From positions 379 to 43,488 of the forward strand of contig CAZXCD010000002.1 of assembly GCA_964638985.1 (NCBI GenBank): a DNA stretch of 43,110 bases, read 5' to 3'. This DNA is from an uncultured Candidatus Saccharibacteria bacterium (GTDB lineage Bacteria > Patescibacteriota > Minisyncoccia > Phycocordibacterales > UBA9973). Both the position numbers and the translations under genes were made by a program. Shown here in pieces: positions 26,495 to 34,466 of the stretch. Numbering within the stretch: the stretch's first letter is position 1; each line of letters begins with the position of its first letter. Below the pieces are notes generated by a model. The model saw nothing but the letters and a program-made list of their open reading frames with translations, ran no database searches and was not told the origin of the DNA.

Positions 26495-27610
26495 CTATTG
26501 CGTGGTGTTTATATCAACTACTCGGATTGTCTTCTCTGAAGAAGTTTTATATCCTGCTTCATTTTGGACGGTGAAGGTAGCTGTATAAGTTCCCGATTTG
26601 TCGTAAACGTGGCTAAGTGTCGCGCTTTGGACAAATGGTTCCGATGCGACTTTTAATGCTGTCGCAGCCTCAGCGTCGTCTTCCCAATTGACCGAGTATG
26701 AAAGTGAGCCATTCTTGGGGTCGTAAGCTTTAACGGTGATTGTTGCATTTTCCCCGGATACCACTATGGAAGGACCTTCCAGTCCGGTGATAACAGGAGT
26801 CACTTCATCAGGAAGCGCCGGAGTGGTGAATGATGTTTCAGATGACTTGGTCATCCCATCGCCATTTGAAGACGCCACAACCACATAATATTTCGTATTC
26901 GGTTCCAGTCTGGACAGATTTATCTTGTGATTCAAGATTTTAGCCGGACGGAAAATCATTGGCAATTTAGATGTATCCAACGGTGAAGTGGTTCCATACC
27001 ATACCGAGCTGGTAGCGCGAGTGTCGGTAGTCCAGCTTATGGTAGCTTGACGAGGCTTTAAAGATTTCGCTGTCAGGTCGTTGATAACCGGTCCATCTTC
27101 AGAATCCACGTCTTCATCTTCAACATGAACAGTGACGCTAGATGTCGCTTTCAGTCCGCTCTCATTGCTTACGGTGAATTTTATTTTATATTCTCCTTTC
27201 TCATCGTAAGCGTGCTCAAAGGTGCTCGTCTGGACGAAAGTGGTTTCCGCCACTCTACTTAATGTCTTAGAAGTGCTGTCTCCCCAATCAACGTCGTAGC
27301 TAAGTGACTTGTTTTGAGGGTCCGAAGCCTTCACTGTCCAGGTGCCGGTTTCTCCGACTTCAAGGACAGTAGGGGCGGTAATACCAGAAATGACAGGTGT
27401 AGGTCTAGTTACTCTTGTTTGGGTGGATGCGTTCGCGCGGTACCCAAAGAAATTAAAGAATCTACTCCAAGCGGGCTTGTAGTCTCGGTTGTCCTTATTC
27501 TTCTCATAATTTTTTGCAAAACCGACGGATGGAACAGAAGCCAAAACAACAGCCATCAATACGAATAAACCCGCGATAAGTGATTTTAAGTTTTTATTTA
27601 TTTTTTTCAT
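26495..27610 (-). CDS. Secreted PKD-domain / fibronectin-III-domain protein
   Basis: Signal peptide. Two PKD-like units (YDVDWGDS..., YSVNWEDD...) flank an FN3-like unit (ATISWTTDTRATSSVWYG). Confidence 0.7.
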   Translation of the reverse strand: MKKINKNLKSLIAGLFVLMAVVLASVPSVGFAKNYEKNKDNRDYKPAWSRFFNFFGYRANASTQTRVTRPTPVISGITAPTVLEVGETGTWTVKASDPQNKSLSYDVDWGDSTSKTLSRVAETTFVQTSTFEHAYDEKGEYKIKFTVSNESGLKATSSVTVHVEDEDVDSEDGPVINDLTAKSLKPRQATISWTTDTRATSSVWYGTTSPLDTSKLPMIFRPAKILNHKINLSRLEPNTKYYVVVASSNGDGMTKSSETSFTTPALPDEVTPVITGLEGPSIVVSGENATITVKAYDPKNGSLSYSVNWEDDAEAATALKVASEPFVQSATLSHVYDKSGTYTATFTVQNEAGYKTSSEKTIRVVDINTTQ

Positions 27611-27643
27611 AGTAATTTATATAATATTAAGTTTATAATATTC

Positions 27644-27667
27644 ATTGAGCATAAAAATATGCTCAAT
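27644..27667. promoter_or_regulatory. Operator-like perfect palindrome in a divergent promoter region
   Basis: attgagcat-aaaaat-atgctcaat: 9-bp arms and a 6-nt spacer. Confidence 0.35.
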
Positions 27668-27791
27668 GTGCGACTCGACACTAGGGTAGACGGGCTAGAA
27701 GAGCATTTCCTTACATAGACACAAGCACTTTTATGTTGTATTTTATATTCAGGGGTTAAGTAAGAAATTGATTATATGTACGTCATACAAT

Positions 27792-28343
27792 ATGGAAACA
27801 GAAATTACAAGCAAATTTGAAAAAATATATAGTTCCGAATCGGATGCAATATTTCGATTCTGTCTGGTGCGAGTGTCAAACCGTGAGCAGGCGCTTGATA
27901 TAACTCAAGAAACCTTCCTGCGGTTGTGGCAGAGTTTGTCCTTGGGGAAAGACATTTTAAACGAGAGGGCTTTTCTTTTTACCGTATCCCATCGTCTCAT
28001 TATTGACTGGTACCGCAAGAAGAAGAGTGTCTCTCTGGAGGGCATCATGCATAAAGAATCGGAAGAAGAGGAAGAATTCGGATATGATATAGTGGACGAG
28101 AAAACCAAGGATGGTCTTATACAGGGGGCAGAGGGCAGATATCTAATAAATAAGATTGGCGAGCTCTCAGAAACATACCGACATCCGATATATCTGCATT
28201 TCGTGGAAGGCTTGTCTCCGAAAGAGATTGGCGACATCCTAGAAATTTCCGCCAACGCCGCTTCCGTCAGAGTAAACAGAGGATTGATTGAATTACGGGA
28301 AAAAACAGGATATTATGATGGCGAAAATAAAGAGGATAATTAA
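27792..28343 (+). CDS. ECF-type RNA polymerase sigma-70 family factor
   Basis: Region 2 (ALDITQETFLRLW...DWYRKK) and region 4 HTH (LSPKEIGDILEISANAASVRVNRG). I set the start to ATG 27792. Confidence 0.85.
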   Translation: METEITSKFEKIYSSESDAIFRFCLVRVSNREQALDITQETFLRLWQSLSLGKDILNERAFLFTVSHRLIIDWYRKKKSVSLEGIMHKESEEEEEFGYDIVDEKTKDGLIQGAEGRYLINKIGELSETYRHPIYLHFVEGLSPKEIGDILEISANAASVRVNRGLIELREKTGYYDGENKEDN

Positions 28344-28350
28344 AATCAAT

Positions 28351-29379
28351 ATGAAAGATGAAAAATTAAAAGAAGGCATAAAAGAAATCAGGGAAATAAA
28401 AATGACCGCTATAGAGAAAGAGCGCATATTTGAAAGTGTCATCAATTCTCTGGTTTTACAACAACAACCCATAAAAAGTCCGTGGACGGTTTTCTCTTTC
28501 ATTTCCGTGATGCACAGGAGCCGTTTAGTGTATTATGGGTTCGTATTTAGTCTAGCGGTGGTCATGGGGGGTGGAGCTGTCTTTGCTTCGGGAAACAGCT
28601 TGCCGGGAAATGTTTTCTATCCGCTCAAGGTCAGCGTGGTTGAGCCGATACATTCCGCTCTCACTTTCTCTCCGCAAGCCAAGGCGGAATACGAGAGTCA
28701 CCTCGCTACCAAGCGTCTAGTGGAAGCGGAAACTTTAAAAAATCAAGGCAAACTTGATAAAGCAAAAGAAGAAAAGCTCAGTTTGCTTTTAGAAGATCAC
28801 GCCAAGGCTTTCAATAAAGCGATTGGAGATATCAATAACGATAATGATGATGACGATACCGTTACAAATTTTCAAGCGGGTCTAAATGCGCATGCCAGGG
28901 TTCTGGAGTTTATGAACGCGCGAGACGATAAAGCCGAAAAACAAGAAAAAAATAATAAAATTTCGGAAACAGCTCGCGCGAGCGCGAACAAAATTAAAGA
29001 TACATTAAAAGAGCGAGAAGATAACAATGAAGACAAAAAAGAAAATAAAAATGAAGAGAGGAAAAAACATGTCAGAGAAATGATTGATTTAACCGCGAAA
29101 GAGCTTGACGGACATACCTCCGCCAACGTGTCTCCAATCAGACAAACAATCATAGATAATACACACAAAACTCTGGAAGAGGCGAACCAGTATTTAAAAG
29201 AAGCCGATGAAGAGGACGAAAAAGGAGATTCAAAAAAGGCGTATTTCAAACTGCTGGATTCCGAAAGTTCCGCCAAAGAGGCCGGCATTTTCCTGAAATC
29301 AGGGCTGGAATTTAAAGAATATAAATACGAAAGAAGGGATAGAGAGGAAGAAAAGGACAGAGAGGAAGAGGAGGACTAG
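28351..29379 (+). CDS. Single-pass membrane protein with a DUF5667-like domain; candidate anti-sigma factor
   Basis: It lies immediately after the sigma gene. It has a TM helix (VYYGFVFSLAVVMGGGAVFA), then PGNVFYPLKVSVVEP...ATKRLVEAE (DUF5667 pattern), then a highly charged tail. The start is ambiguous (28288, 28315 or 28351). Confidence 0.55.
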   Translation: MKDEKLKEGIKEIREIKMTAIEKERIFESVINSLVLQQQPIKSPWTVFSFISVMHRSRLVYYGFVFSLAVVMGGGAVFASGNSLPGNVFYPLKVSVVEPIHSALTFSPQAKAEYESHLATKRLVEAETLKNQGKLDKAKEEKLSLLLEDHAKAFNKAIGDINNDNDDDDTVTNFQAGLNAHARVLEFMNARDDKAEKQEKNNKISETARASANKIKDTLKEREDNNEDKKENKNEERKKHVREMIDLTAKELDGHTSANVSPIRQTIIDNTHKTLEEANQYLKEADEEDEKGDSKKAYFKLLDSESSAKEAGIFLKSGLEFKEYKYERRDREEEKDREEEED

Positions 29380-29410
29380 ATTTAAGTGAAAATATGGTAC
29401 ATTAAGACGC

Positions 29411-29500
29411 TTGACTTTTGTCCGACACTTGTAATATAATAGTGGTATCACTATGGAAAAGACCCTTATGTAGATACGTCTACATCGGGGGCTTTTTCTT
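29411..29500 (+). ncRNA. Candidate small RNA or attenuator: promoter plus about 50-nt transcript plus intrinsic terminator
   Basis: TTGACT-N18-TATAAT (29411-29440). Then hairpin atgtaga-tacg-tctacat, extended by ccc/ggg. Then tttttcttttt. A 6-codon mini-ORF (MEKTLM) overlaps the stem. Confidence 0.35.
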
Positions 29501-29588
29501 TTTAGATTCTATTTGAGAATTTATGATAGAGCTTATGGGTGTCAAACATCGGGTGTTTGACAGAGAAAAAGACTAATTTGAAGTGATT

Positions 29589-29616
29589 ACATATATGCGC
29601 GATAGCGTAAATATGT
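29589..29616 (-). repeat. Hairpin with a conserved 16-nt loop (copy B, inverted)
   Basis: acatat-[atgcgcgatagcgtaa]-atatgt. The loop is the exact reverse complement of the copy A loop. The stem differs by one compensated base pair. Confidence 0.6.
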
Positions 29617-29702
29617 TTTACAAACAATGTGAGCTTTATACTCTTATATACATATATAAATACGTATTAATGTTGTATTTTGATAAAAGTCTCACTACCG
29701 AG

Positions 29703-29708
29703 TATAAT
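29703..29708 (+). promoter_or_regulatory. -10 box, leaderless geometry
   Basis: TATAAT, then 6 nt, then ATG 29715. Confidence 0.5.
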
Positions 29709-29714
29709 GCATTT

Positions 29715-30392
29715 ATGAGTTTCGCTATCAAAACGACAACCAAACCTGAAGAAGCGGCCAGCTTTGTGGCTCTTTCTGTTCTAGGTCAACTAAAGGCAGG
29801 GAAGCGTGTTTTGCTATTTTTGACGGGAGGCTCGTCTATCGCTGTCGGGGTGAAGGTGGCAGAGATATTAAGAGAAAGTGAAGACAAAGAGCTGGTTAAA
29901 AATTTAACCATTACCCTGACCGATGAGAGGTATGGGCCGGTGGACCACTTCAATTCAAATTATTTTCAACTGATGGAAAAAGGTTTCAGTCTCCCGCAGG
30001 CGAAAGTAATTCCGATTTTAATTGATGATGATCGTAATATCACAACAGAAAAATTTAATACGATTCTTAATCAGGAGTTCATGGCGGTGGATTATAAAAT
30101 AGGCCTGTTTGGTATTGGTGTAGATGGGCATACTGCTGGTATTTTACCAGAGAGTGAGGCTGTGAATTCGGGAGACTTAGCTTATAGTTATGATACTCCT
30201 GTGTTTTCTAGGATTACCATAACACCAAAAGCAATAGAGAAACTAGATGAAGCAATAGTCTGGGCGCAGGGTGAGGACAAATGGAAAATAATAAAAGATT
30301 TAAATGAAAATATTGATATTGTAAAACAGCCGGCACAGATTTTGAAAAAAGTTCCATTATTAACAATATTTACCGATTACTTGAAGGAATGA
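29715..30392 (+). CDS. pgl: 6-phosphogluconolactonase
   Basis: LFLTGGSS and LTDERYGP motifs of the 6PGL/NagB family. It lies in an operon with gnd and zwf. I moved the start to ATG 29715. Confidence 0.8.
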   Translation: MSFAIKTTTKPEEAASFVALSVLGQLKAGKRVLLFLTGGSSIAVGVKVAEILRESEDKELVKNLTITLTDERYGPVDHFNSNYFQLMEKGFSLPQAKVIPILIDDDRNITTEKFNTILNQEFMAVDYKIGLFGIGVDGHTAGILPESEAVNSGDLAYSYDTPVFSRITITPKAIEKLDEAIVWAQGEDKWKIIKDLNENIDIVKQPAQILKKVPLLTIFTDYLKE

Positions 30393-30495
30393 ATCCCGAA
30401 CGAAGTTTATGTTATATGTTCTTCACGGGGAAAAGAATTTTGATTATTATTTAACTTAAGTAAAGGCAAAAAATACCTTTTACTTCGTACGGGAT
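30393..30495. mobile_element. ORF-less miniature inverted-repeat element with ATCCCGNACGAA termini
   Basis: Left end is atcccgaacgaagt (30393-30406). The right end is acttcgtacgggat (30482-30495), a 13/14 match. It exactly fills the pgl-stop to gnd-ATG gap. Confidence 0.45.
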
Positions 30496-31429
30496 GAAAA
30501 TAGCTATCGCGGGTTTGGGGAAAATGGGAGCGCAGATTGCGAGAAAATTACACGAAGATGGGTATGCTGTCATCGCGCACAATAGAAGCAGTGGACTTGT
30601 GAATGAAATGAAATCTTTGGGTATGATGCCCGCTTATACTAAGGAGGAGGTTATAAATTTATTTAATAATGAGCGAGTAATTATTTGGTTAATGGTGCCT
30701 TCCGATGTGGTAGACCAGGAATTGAATATTTGGCTCAAACTCGTACCGAAAGGAAGTATTTTGATAGATGGGGGCAATTCTGATTTTCGTCTCACGAAGA
30801 CACGAGCGGAATTGGTTTCAAAAAGCGGGTCAACCCTGATGGATGTGGGGACAAGCGGAGGCATTTGGGGATACAAAAACGGTTTTTGTATGATGGCGGG
30901 TGGGGACAAAGAAACTTTTAAAACAATTGAGCCAATATTAAAGACACTTGCAAAGCCAACTGGCGCGTATCATCATTTTGGGGAAAGTGGTTCTGGTCAC
31001 TTTGTTAAAATGACGCACAACGCTATAGAATACGGCATGATGGAATCCCTAGCAGAGGGCTATAGAATGTTGAAAGAAGGACCCTATAAAAATCTTGACC
31101 TGGCTGCTGCCGGGGAAGTCTGGCAACACCACAGCGTGATTACTTCGTGGTTGAATGAGCTTACCCGTGATGCTTTGAAAGAAAACCCGGAACTCTCTGG
31201 GGTGGAAGGGTTTGTGGCTGAGTCTGGAGAAGCGCGTTGGGCGCTCGAGATGGCGAAAAGTTTAAATATAGAGACCCCAGCCATAACGGCTGCTTTCAAT
31301 GTCAGGCTGGAATCACAAAAAGGCAAAGTCAATTTCGCCACGAAACTTTTAGCAGCGATGCGCAACGCTTTCGGTGGACACCCCATATCTCCAAAAGCGA
31401 GCTACGGGGCAGGTAAGATAAATAAATAA
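30494..31429 (+). CDS. gnd: 6-phosphogluconate dehydrogenase (decarboxylating), short YqeC/GntZ-like form
   Basis: Rossmann N-terminus MKIAIAGLGKMGAQIA, and the GHFVKMTHNAIEYG motif. Confidence 0.9.
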   Translation: MKIAIAGLGKMGAQIARKLHEDGYAVIAHNRSSGLVNEMKSLGMMPAYTKEEVINLFNNERVIIWLMVPSDVVDQELNIWLKLVPKGSILIDGGNSDFRLTKTRAELVSKSGSTLMDVGTSGGIWGYKNGFCMMAGGDKETFKTIEPILKTLAKPTGAYHHFGESGSGHFVKMTHNAIEYGMMESLAEGYRMLKEGPYKNLDLAAAGEVWQHHSVITSWLNELTRDALKENPELSGVEGFVAESGEARWALEMAKSLNIETPAITAAFNVRLESQKGKVNFATKLLAAMRNAFGGHPISPKASYGAGKINK

Positions 31430-31435
31430 TAAGCA

Positions 31436-32467
31436 ATGAACAACAAACCAACATACATAATTTTTGGCGCATCGGGGGATTTATCAAAACGTTATTTGAT
31501 GCCGGCTGTTAAAAATTTACAAGAGACGGGGGAGGTGGATATGGTGGTGCCTGTTTCTCGTAAAGATTATGGCAATTTAAAAAATTTAATAAAAGAAAAT
31601 GAGGCGAAAATATTTCATCTGGCCATTCCGCCTGAGGCGGTGTCGGATGTCGTCAAAATAATCAGCGACAACTTCGGCAAAGATAATATAAAGATAATGC
31701 TGGAAAAACCCTTCGGGAAGGATTTAAAGTCCGCGCAAAGTTTGATACAGCACATTGATAAATATTTTTCCGAGGAGCAAATCTATAGAGTGGACCACTA
31801 TCTGGCCAAAGAGTCCTTGCAAAAGGTAATCACCGAAAAATGGGACAGAAACAACATATCCGGTATTGAAATAACCGCGATTGAAAAAATAGACATAGAA
31901 GGGAGAGTGAATTTTTATGAGCAAACCGGAGCGTTGAAGGACTTCGTGCAGAGCCATCTCGTTGAAATGGTTTCTGTGGTGCTCGCGGGAAGCTTTGACA
32001 TTGCTCTCCGGGAAGAAGCGCTCCGAAATTTAAAAATTATCTGTGATATTAGCAAGCATGAATGCGTAAAGCGGGGCCAATATGAAGGATATCGCGATGA
32101 AGTCGGCAACAAGGACAGCATGACGGAAACGTTCGTCTCAATCAACTTGGCATCAATAGAACCGGCGTGGCGTGGAGTATCTATAGTTCTTTCTACGGGC
32201 AAAGCTTTTGATAAAAAACTAACGCAAATAAAAATCAAATATAAAAATGGCGAGGAAAAGATTTTTAATATAGAACATGAACCAAAAGCTTATGAGCGCG
32301 TCATCAGGGCTACTATAACGGGGGAACATGATTTATTTATTTCCAGTAGCGAAGTGCTTGAAAGCTGGAGGATCCTTGAGGCCATCCAAAAGACCTGGGA
32401 ACAATCCAAAGACGACTTGATAATTTACAAGAAGGGAAGCGCGGCAGAAGAGATTCTGGGCAGGTAA
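31436..32467 (+). CDS. zwf: Glucose-6-phosphate dehydrogenase, unusually compact (343 aa)
   Basis: IFGASGDLSKRYLMPA, EKPFGKDLKSA and RVDHYLAKE are the three canonical G6PD motifs. Confidence 0.85.
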   Translation: MNNKPTYIIFGASGDLSKRYLMPAVKNLQETGEVDMVVPVSRKDYGNLKNLIKENEAKIFHLAIPPEAVSDVVKIISDNFGKDNIKIMLEKPFGKDLKSAQSLIQHIDKYFSEEQIYRVDHYLAKESLQKVITEKWDRNNISGIEITAIEKIDIEGRVNFYEQTGALKDFVQSHLVEMVSVVLAGSFDIALREEALRNLKIICDISKHECVKRGQYEGYRDEVGNKDSMTETFVSINLASIEPAWRGVSIVLSTGKAFDKKLTQIKIKYKNGEEKIFNIEHEPKAYERVIRATITGEHDLFISSSEVLESWRILEAIQKTWEQSKDDLIIYKKGSAAEEILGR

Positions 32468-32558
32468 TATCACGTTGCAATAAGAAGCCTTTTCCTCTAT
32501 ACCCCCACACCTATTTGTATTTTGAAAAAAATAGGTGTTGGGGTATACTTGCTCTTGC

Positions 32559-33686
32559 ATGAGCAAAAAAAAGTGGTCTTTTTTAATACTGGCTGTCTCT
32601 CTATCAATTTTATTTTTCAACTTTTCTCCGTTGTTGAGCCGGGTGGTGCGTTACAATAAAAACGACCAAATCGCGGAAGTCATTCAAATAAAAAATAAAC
32701 CTATTGCGCCAGTAATCAAACCACTGGATACTGTCGCTTATGATAAAAAATTAAACGAGATAGCCAACAACCCGGTCCCCCCGGGTCCGACCACGAAAAT
32801 TGTAAAAGACCCGAAAACCGGAGTAGAAACGACCATAACTATTCCTCCCAAACCGACCCCGCCCAATATCTGGCCCGTCAAAACTGTTTACCCCAATGCC
32901 GGAGCTATTTTACCTTTTAATCGCATCATCGCTTACTATGGCAATCTGTATTCAACCAAAATGGGAGTGCTTGGAGAATATAAAGAAGAAGAAATGCTGG
33001 CAAGATTAAAAAAAGAAGTGGATAAATGGAATATTGCCGACCCAAATACACCTGTCATTCCCGCCCTTCATTATATCGCTGTGGTGGCACAGGGTAGCGC
33101 TGGAGCTGATGGAAAATACAGAGCTCGTATGCCATCTACTGAAATAGATAAAGTGCTAAAAATAGCTGCGAAAATAAACGCAATTGTTTTCTTGGATATT
33201 CAGCTCGGTTTTTCTAAAGTGGAGATAGAGGTTCCTTTATTGGAAAAGTATTTAAAAATGCCTCAGGTTCATTTAGGTATAGATCCAGAATTTTCAATGA
33301 AAGGGGATATTCGTCCGGGTAAAGTGGTGGGGACTTTAGACGCCGTGGATATAAATTTTGCTTCAAATTATCTGGCGAATATTGTGAAAGAAAATAAACT
33401 TACACCAAAGGTTTTGATTATTCATCGTTATACACAAAAAATGGTTACCAATTACAAACTGATTAATACTTTGTCCGAAGTACAGATGGTGATGCATATG
33501 GATGGCTGGGGAGGGGAAGCGAAGAAGATAAATACGTATCAGCAATTCGTCTATAAAGAACCTGTGCAGTTTACTGGTTTTAAATTGTTTTACAAAAATG
33601 ACATTTTAGAAAAAGGTACAGTATTAATGACACCCGAAAGTCTCTTGAAATTAACCCCCCAGCCGGTCTATATACAGTATCAGTAA
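32559..33686 (+). CDS. Hypothetical secreted or membrane-anchored protein
   Basis: N-terminal helix WSFLILAVSLSILFF and a Pro-rich linker. No motif recognised. I chose ATG 32559 as the start. Confidence 0.6.
   Translation: MSKKKWSFLILAVSLSILFFNFSPLLSRVVRYNKNDQIAEVIQIKNKPIAPVIKPLDTVAYDKKLNEIANNPVPPGPTTKIVKDPKTGVETTITIPPKPTPPNIWPVKTVYPNAGAILPFNRIIAYYGNLYSTKMGVLGEYKEEEMLARLKKEVDKWNIADPNTPVIPALHYIAVVAQGSAGADGKYRARMPSTEIDKVLKIAAKINAIVFLDIQLGFSKVEIEVPLLEKYLKMPQVHLGIDPEFSMKGDIRPGKVVGTLDAVDINFASNYLANIVKENKLTPKVLIIHRYTQKMVTNYKLINTLSEVQMVMHMDGWGGEAKKINTYQQFVYKEPVQFTGFKLFYKNDILEKGTVLMTPESLLKLTPQPVYIQYQ
33670..33685 (+). repeat. 16-bp direct repeat, left copy, flanking the RayT-3 unit
   Basis: atatacagtatcagta. 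It forms the last codons of the upstream gene. Confidence 0.8.
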
Positions 33687-33692
33687 GATTTT

Positions 33693-33711
33693 CCAAAAGA
33701 CGGTCTTTTGG
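33693..33711. repeat. REP3 hairpin upstream of RayT-3
   Basis: ccaaaagac-g-gtcttttgg. Confidence 0.8.
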
Positions 33712-33712
33712 G

Positions 33713-33718
33713 TATAAT
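33713..33718 (+). promoter_or_regulatory. -10 box abutting REP3, leaderless geometry
   Basis: TATAAT, then 6 nt, then ATG 33725. Confidence 0.5.
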
Positions 33719-33724
33719 AGTTTT

Positions 33725-34432
33725 ATGGGATACAGAAAGGCACCGCTTGTGCGGGGTGAGTTTTATCATATCTATAATCGTGGTAATAGCCGACAGCAGA
33801 TATTTTTCAATGACGACGATTATCGTCATTTTGTTAAACTGCTCTATCTTTGCAATTCAGTTAAAAAAATTAATTTTCGTGAAGACATAGTTGAGAAAAA
33901 AATTGATGCTTGGGATTTTGATAGAGAAGAAACGATAGTTTCAATTGGGGCTTGGGTTTTGATGCCGAACCATTTTCATATTTATATTACTTTCCCAAAA
34001 GACGGTCTTTTGGGTGAAAATAATATCTCTGTTTTTATGCGTAAACTTTGTACCGCCTATTCAAAATATATTAATGCAAAATATAAACGCACTGGTTCAC
34101 TTTTTGAGGGCAGATTTAGGTCTGTTCGCGTGTCTAATGAAGTACAAGCAAAATATCTTTTTTCATATATTCACTTGAATCCGGTAAAATTATTTCAAAA
34201 AAGTTGGAAAGAAGAGGGAATACATGATAAAAATAAAGCGATTTCGTTTCTTGATAAATATAGATGGAGTAGTTATCAAGATCATATGCTAGTAAATAGA
34301 CTAGAAAATAAGATATTAGACAGAGACAATTTTCTTGATTATTTTTCCGATAGAAAAGATTTTCAAAAAGAAATTTTTGAGTGGTTTGAAGGATCTGATG
34401 AAGTTTCCCAAAAGACGGTCTTTTGGGAATAA
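33725..34432 (+). CDS. IS200/IS605-like Y1 (HUH) transposase, REP-associated (RayT-type), copy 3
   Basis: LMPNHFHIYI and YIHLNPVK motifs. It is flanked by REP3 and also contains a REP3 copy. Confidence 0.85.
   Translation: MGYRKAPLVRGEFYHIYNRGNSRQQIFFNDDDYRHFVKLLYLCNSVKKINFREDIVEKKIDAWDFDREETIVSIGAWVLMPNHFHIYITFPKDGLLGENNISVFMRKLCTAYSKYINAKYKRTGSLFEGRFRSVRVSNEVQAKYLFSYIHLNPVKLFQKSWKEEGIHDKNKAISFLDKYRWSSYQDHMLVNRLENKILDRDNFLDYFSDRKDFQKEIFEWFEGSDEVSQKTVFWE
33994..34014. repeat. REP3 hairpin inside the RayT-3 CDS (in frame)
   Basis: cccaaaagacggtcttttggg encodes FPKDGLLG immediately after the HUH motif. The two paralogs are about 5 aa shorter at this point. Confidence 0.75.
34407..34427. repeat. 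REP3 hairpin at the 3' end of RayT-3
   Basis: cccaaaagacggtcttttggg encodes the C-terminal SQKTVFWE. Confidence 0.8.
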
Positions 34433-34447
34433 TATACAGTATCAGTA
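34432..34447 (+). repeat. 16-bp direct repeat, right copy
   Basis: atatacagtatcagta, identical to 33670-33685. Confidence 0.8.
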
Positions 34448-34451
34448 GGTG

Positions 34452-34460
34452 TGATATAAT
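34452..34460 (+). promoter_or_regulatory. Extended -10 promoter, leaderless geometry
   Basis: TGaTATAAT, then 6 nt, then ATG 34467. Confidence 0.55.
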
Positions 34461-34466
34461 ACACAC

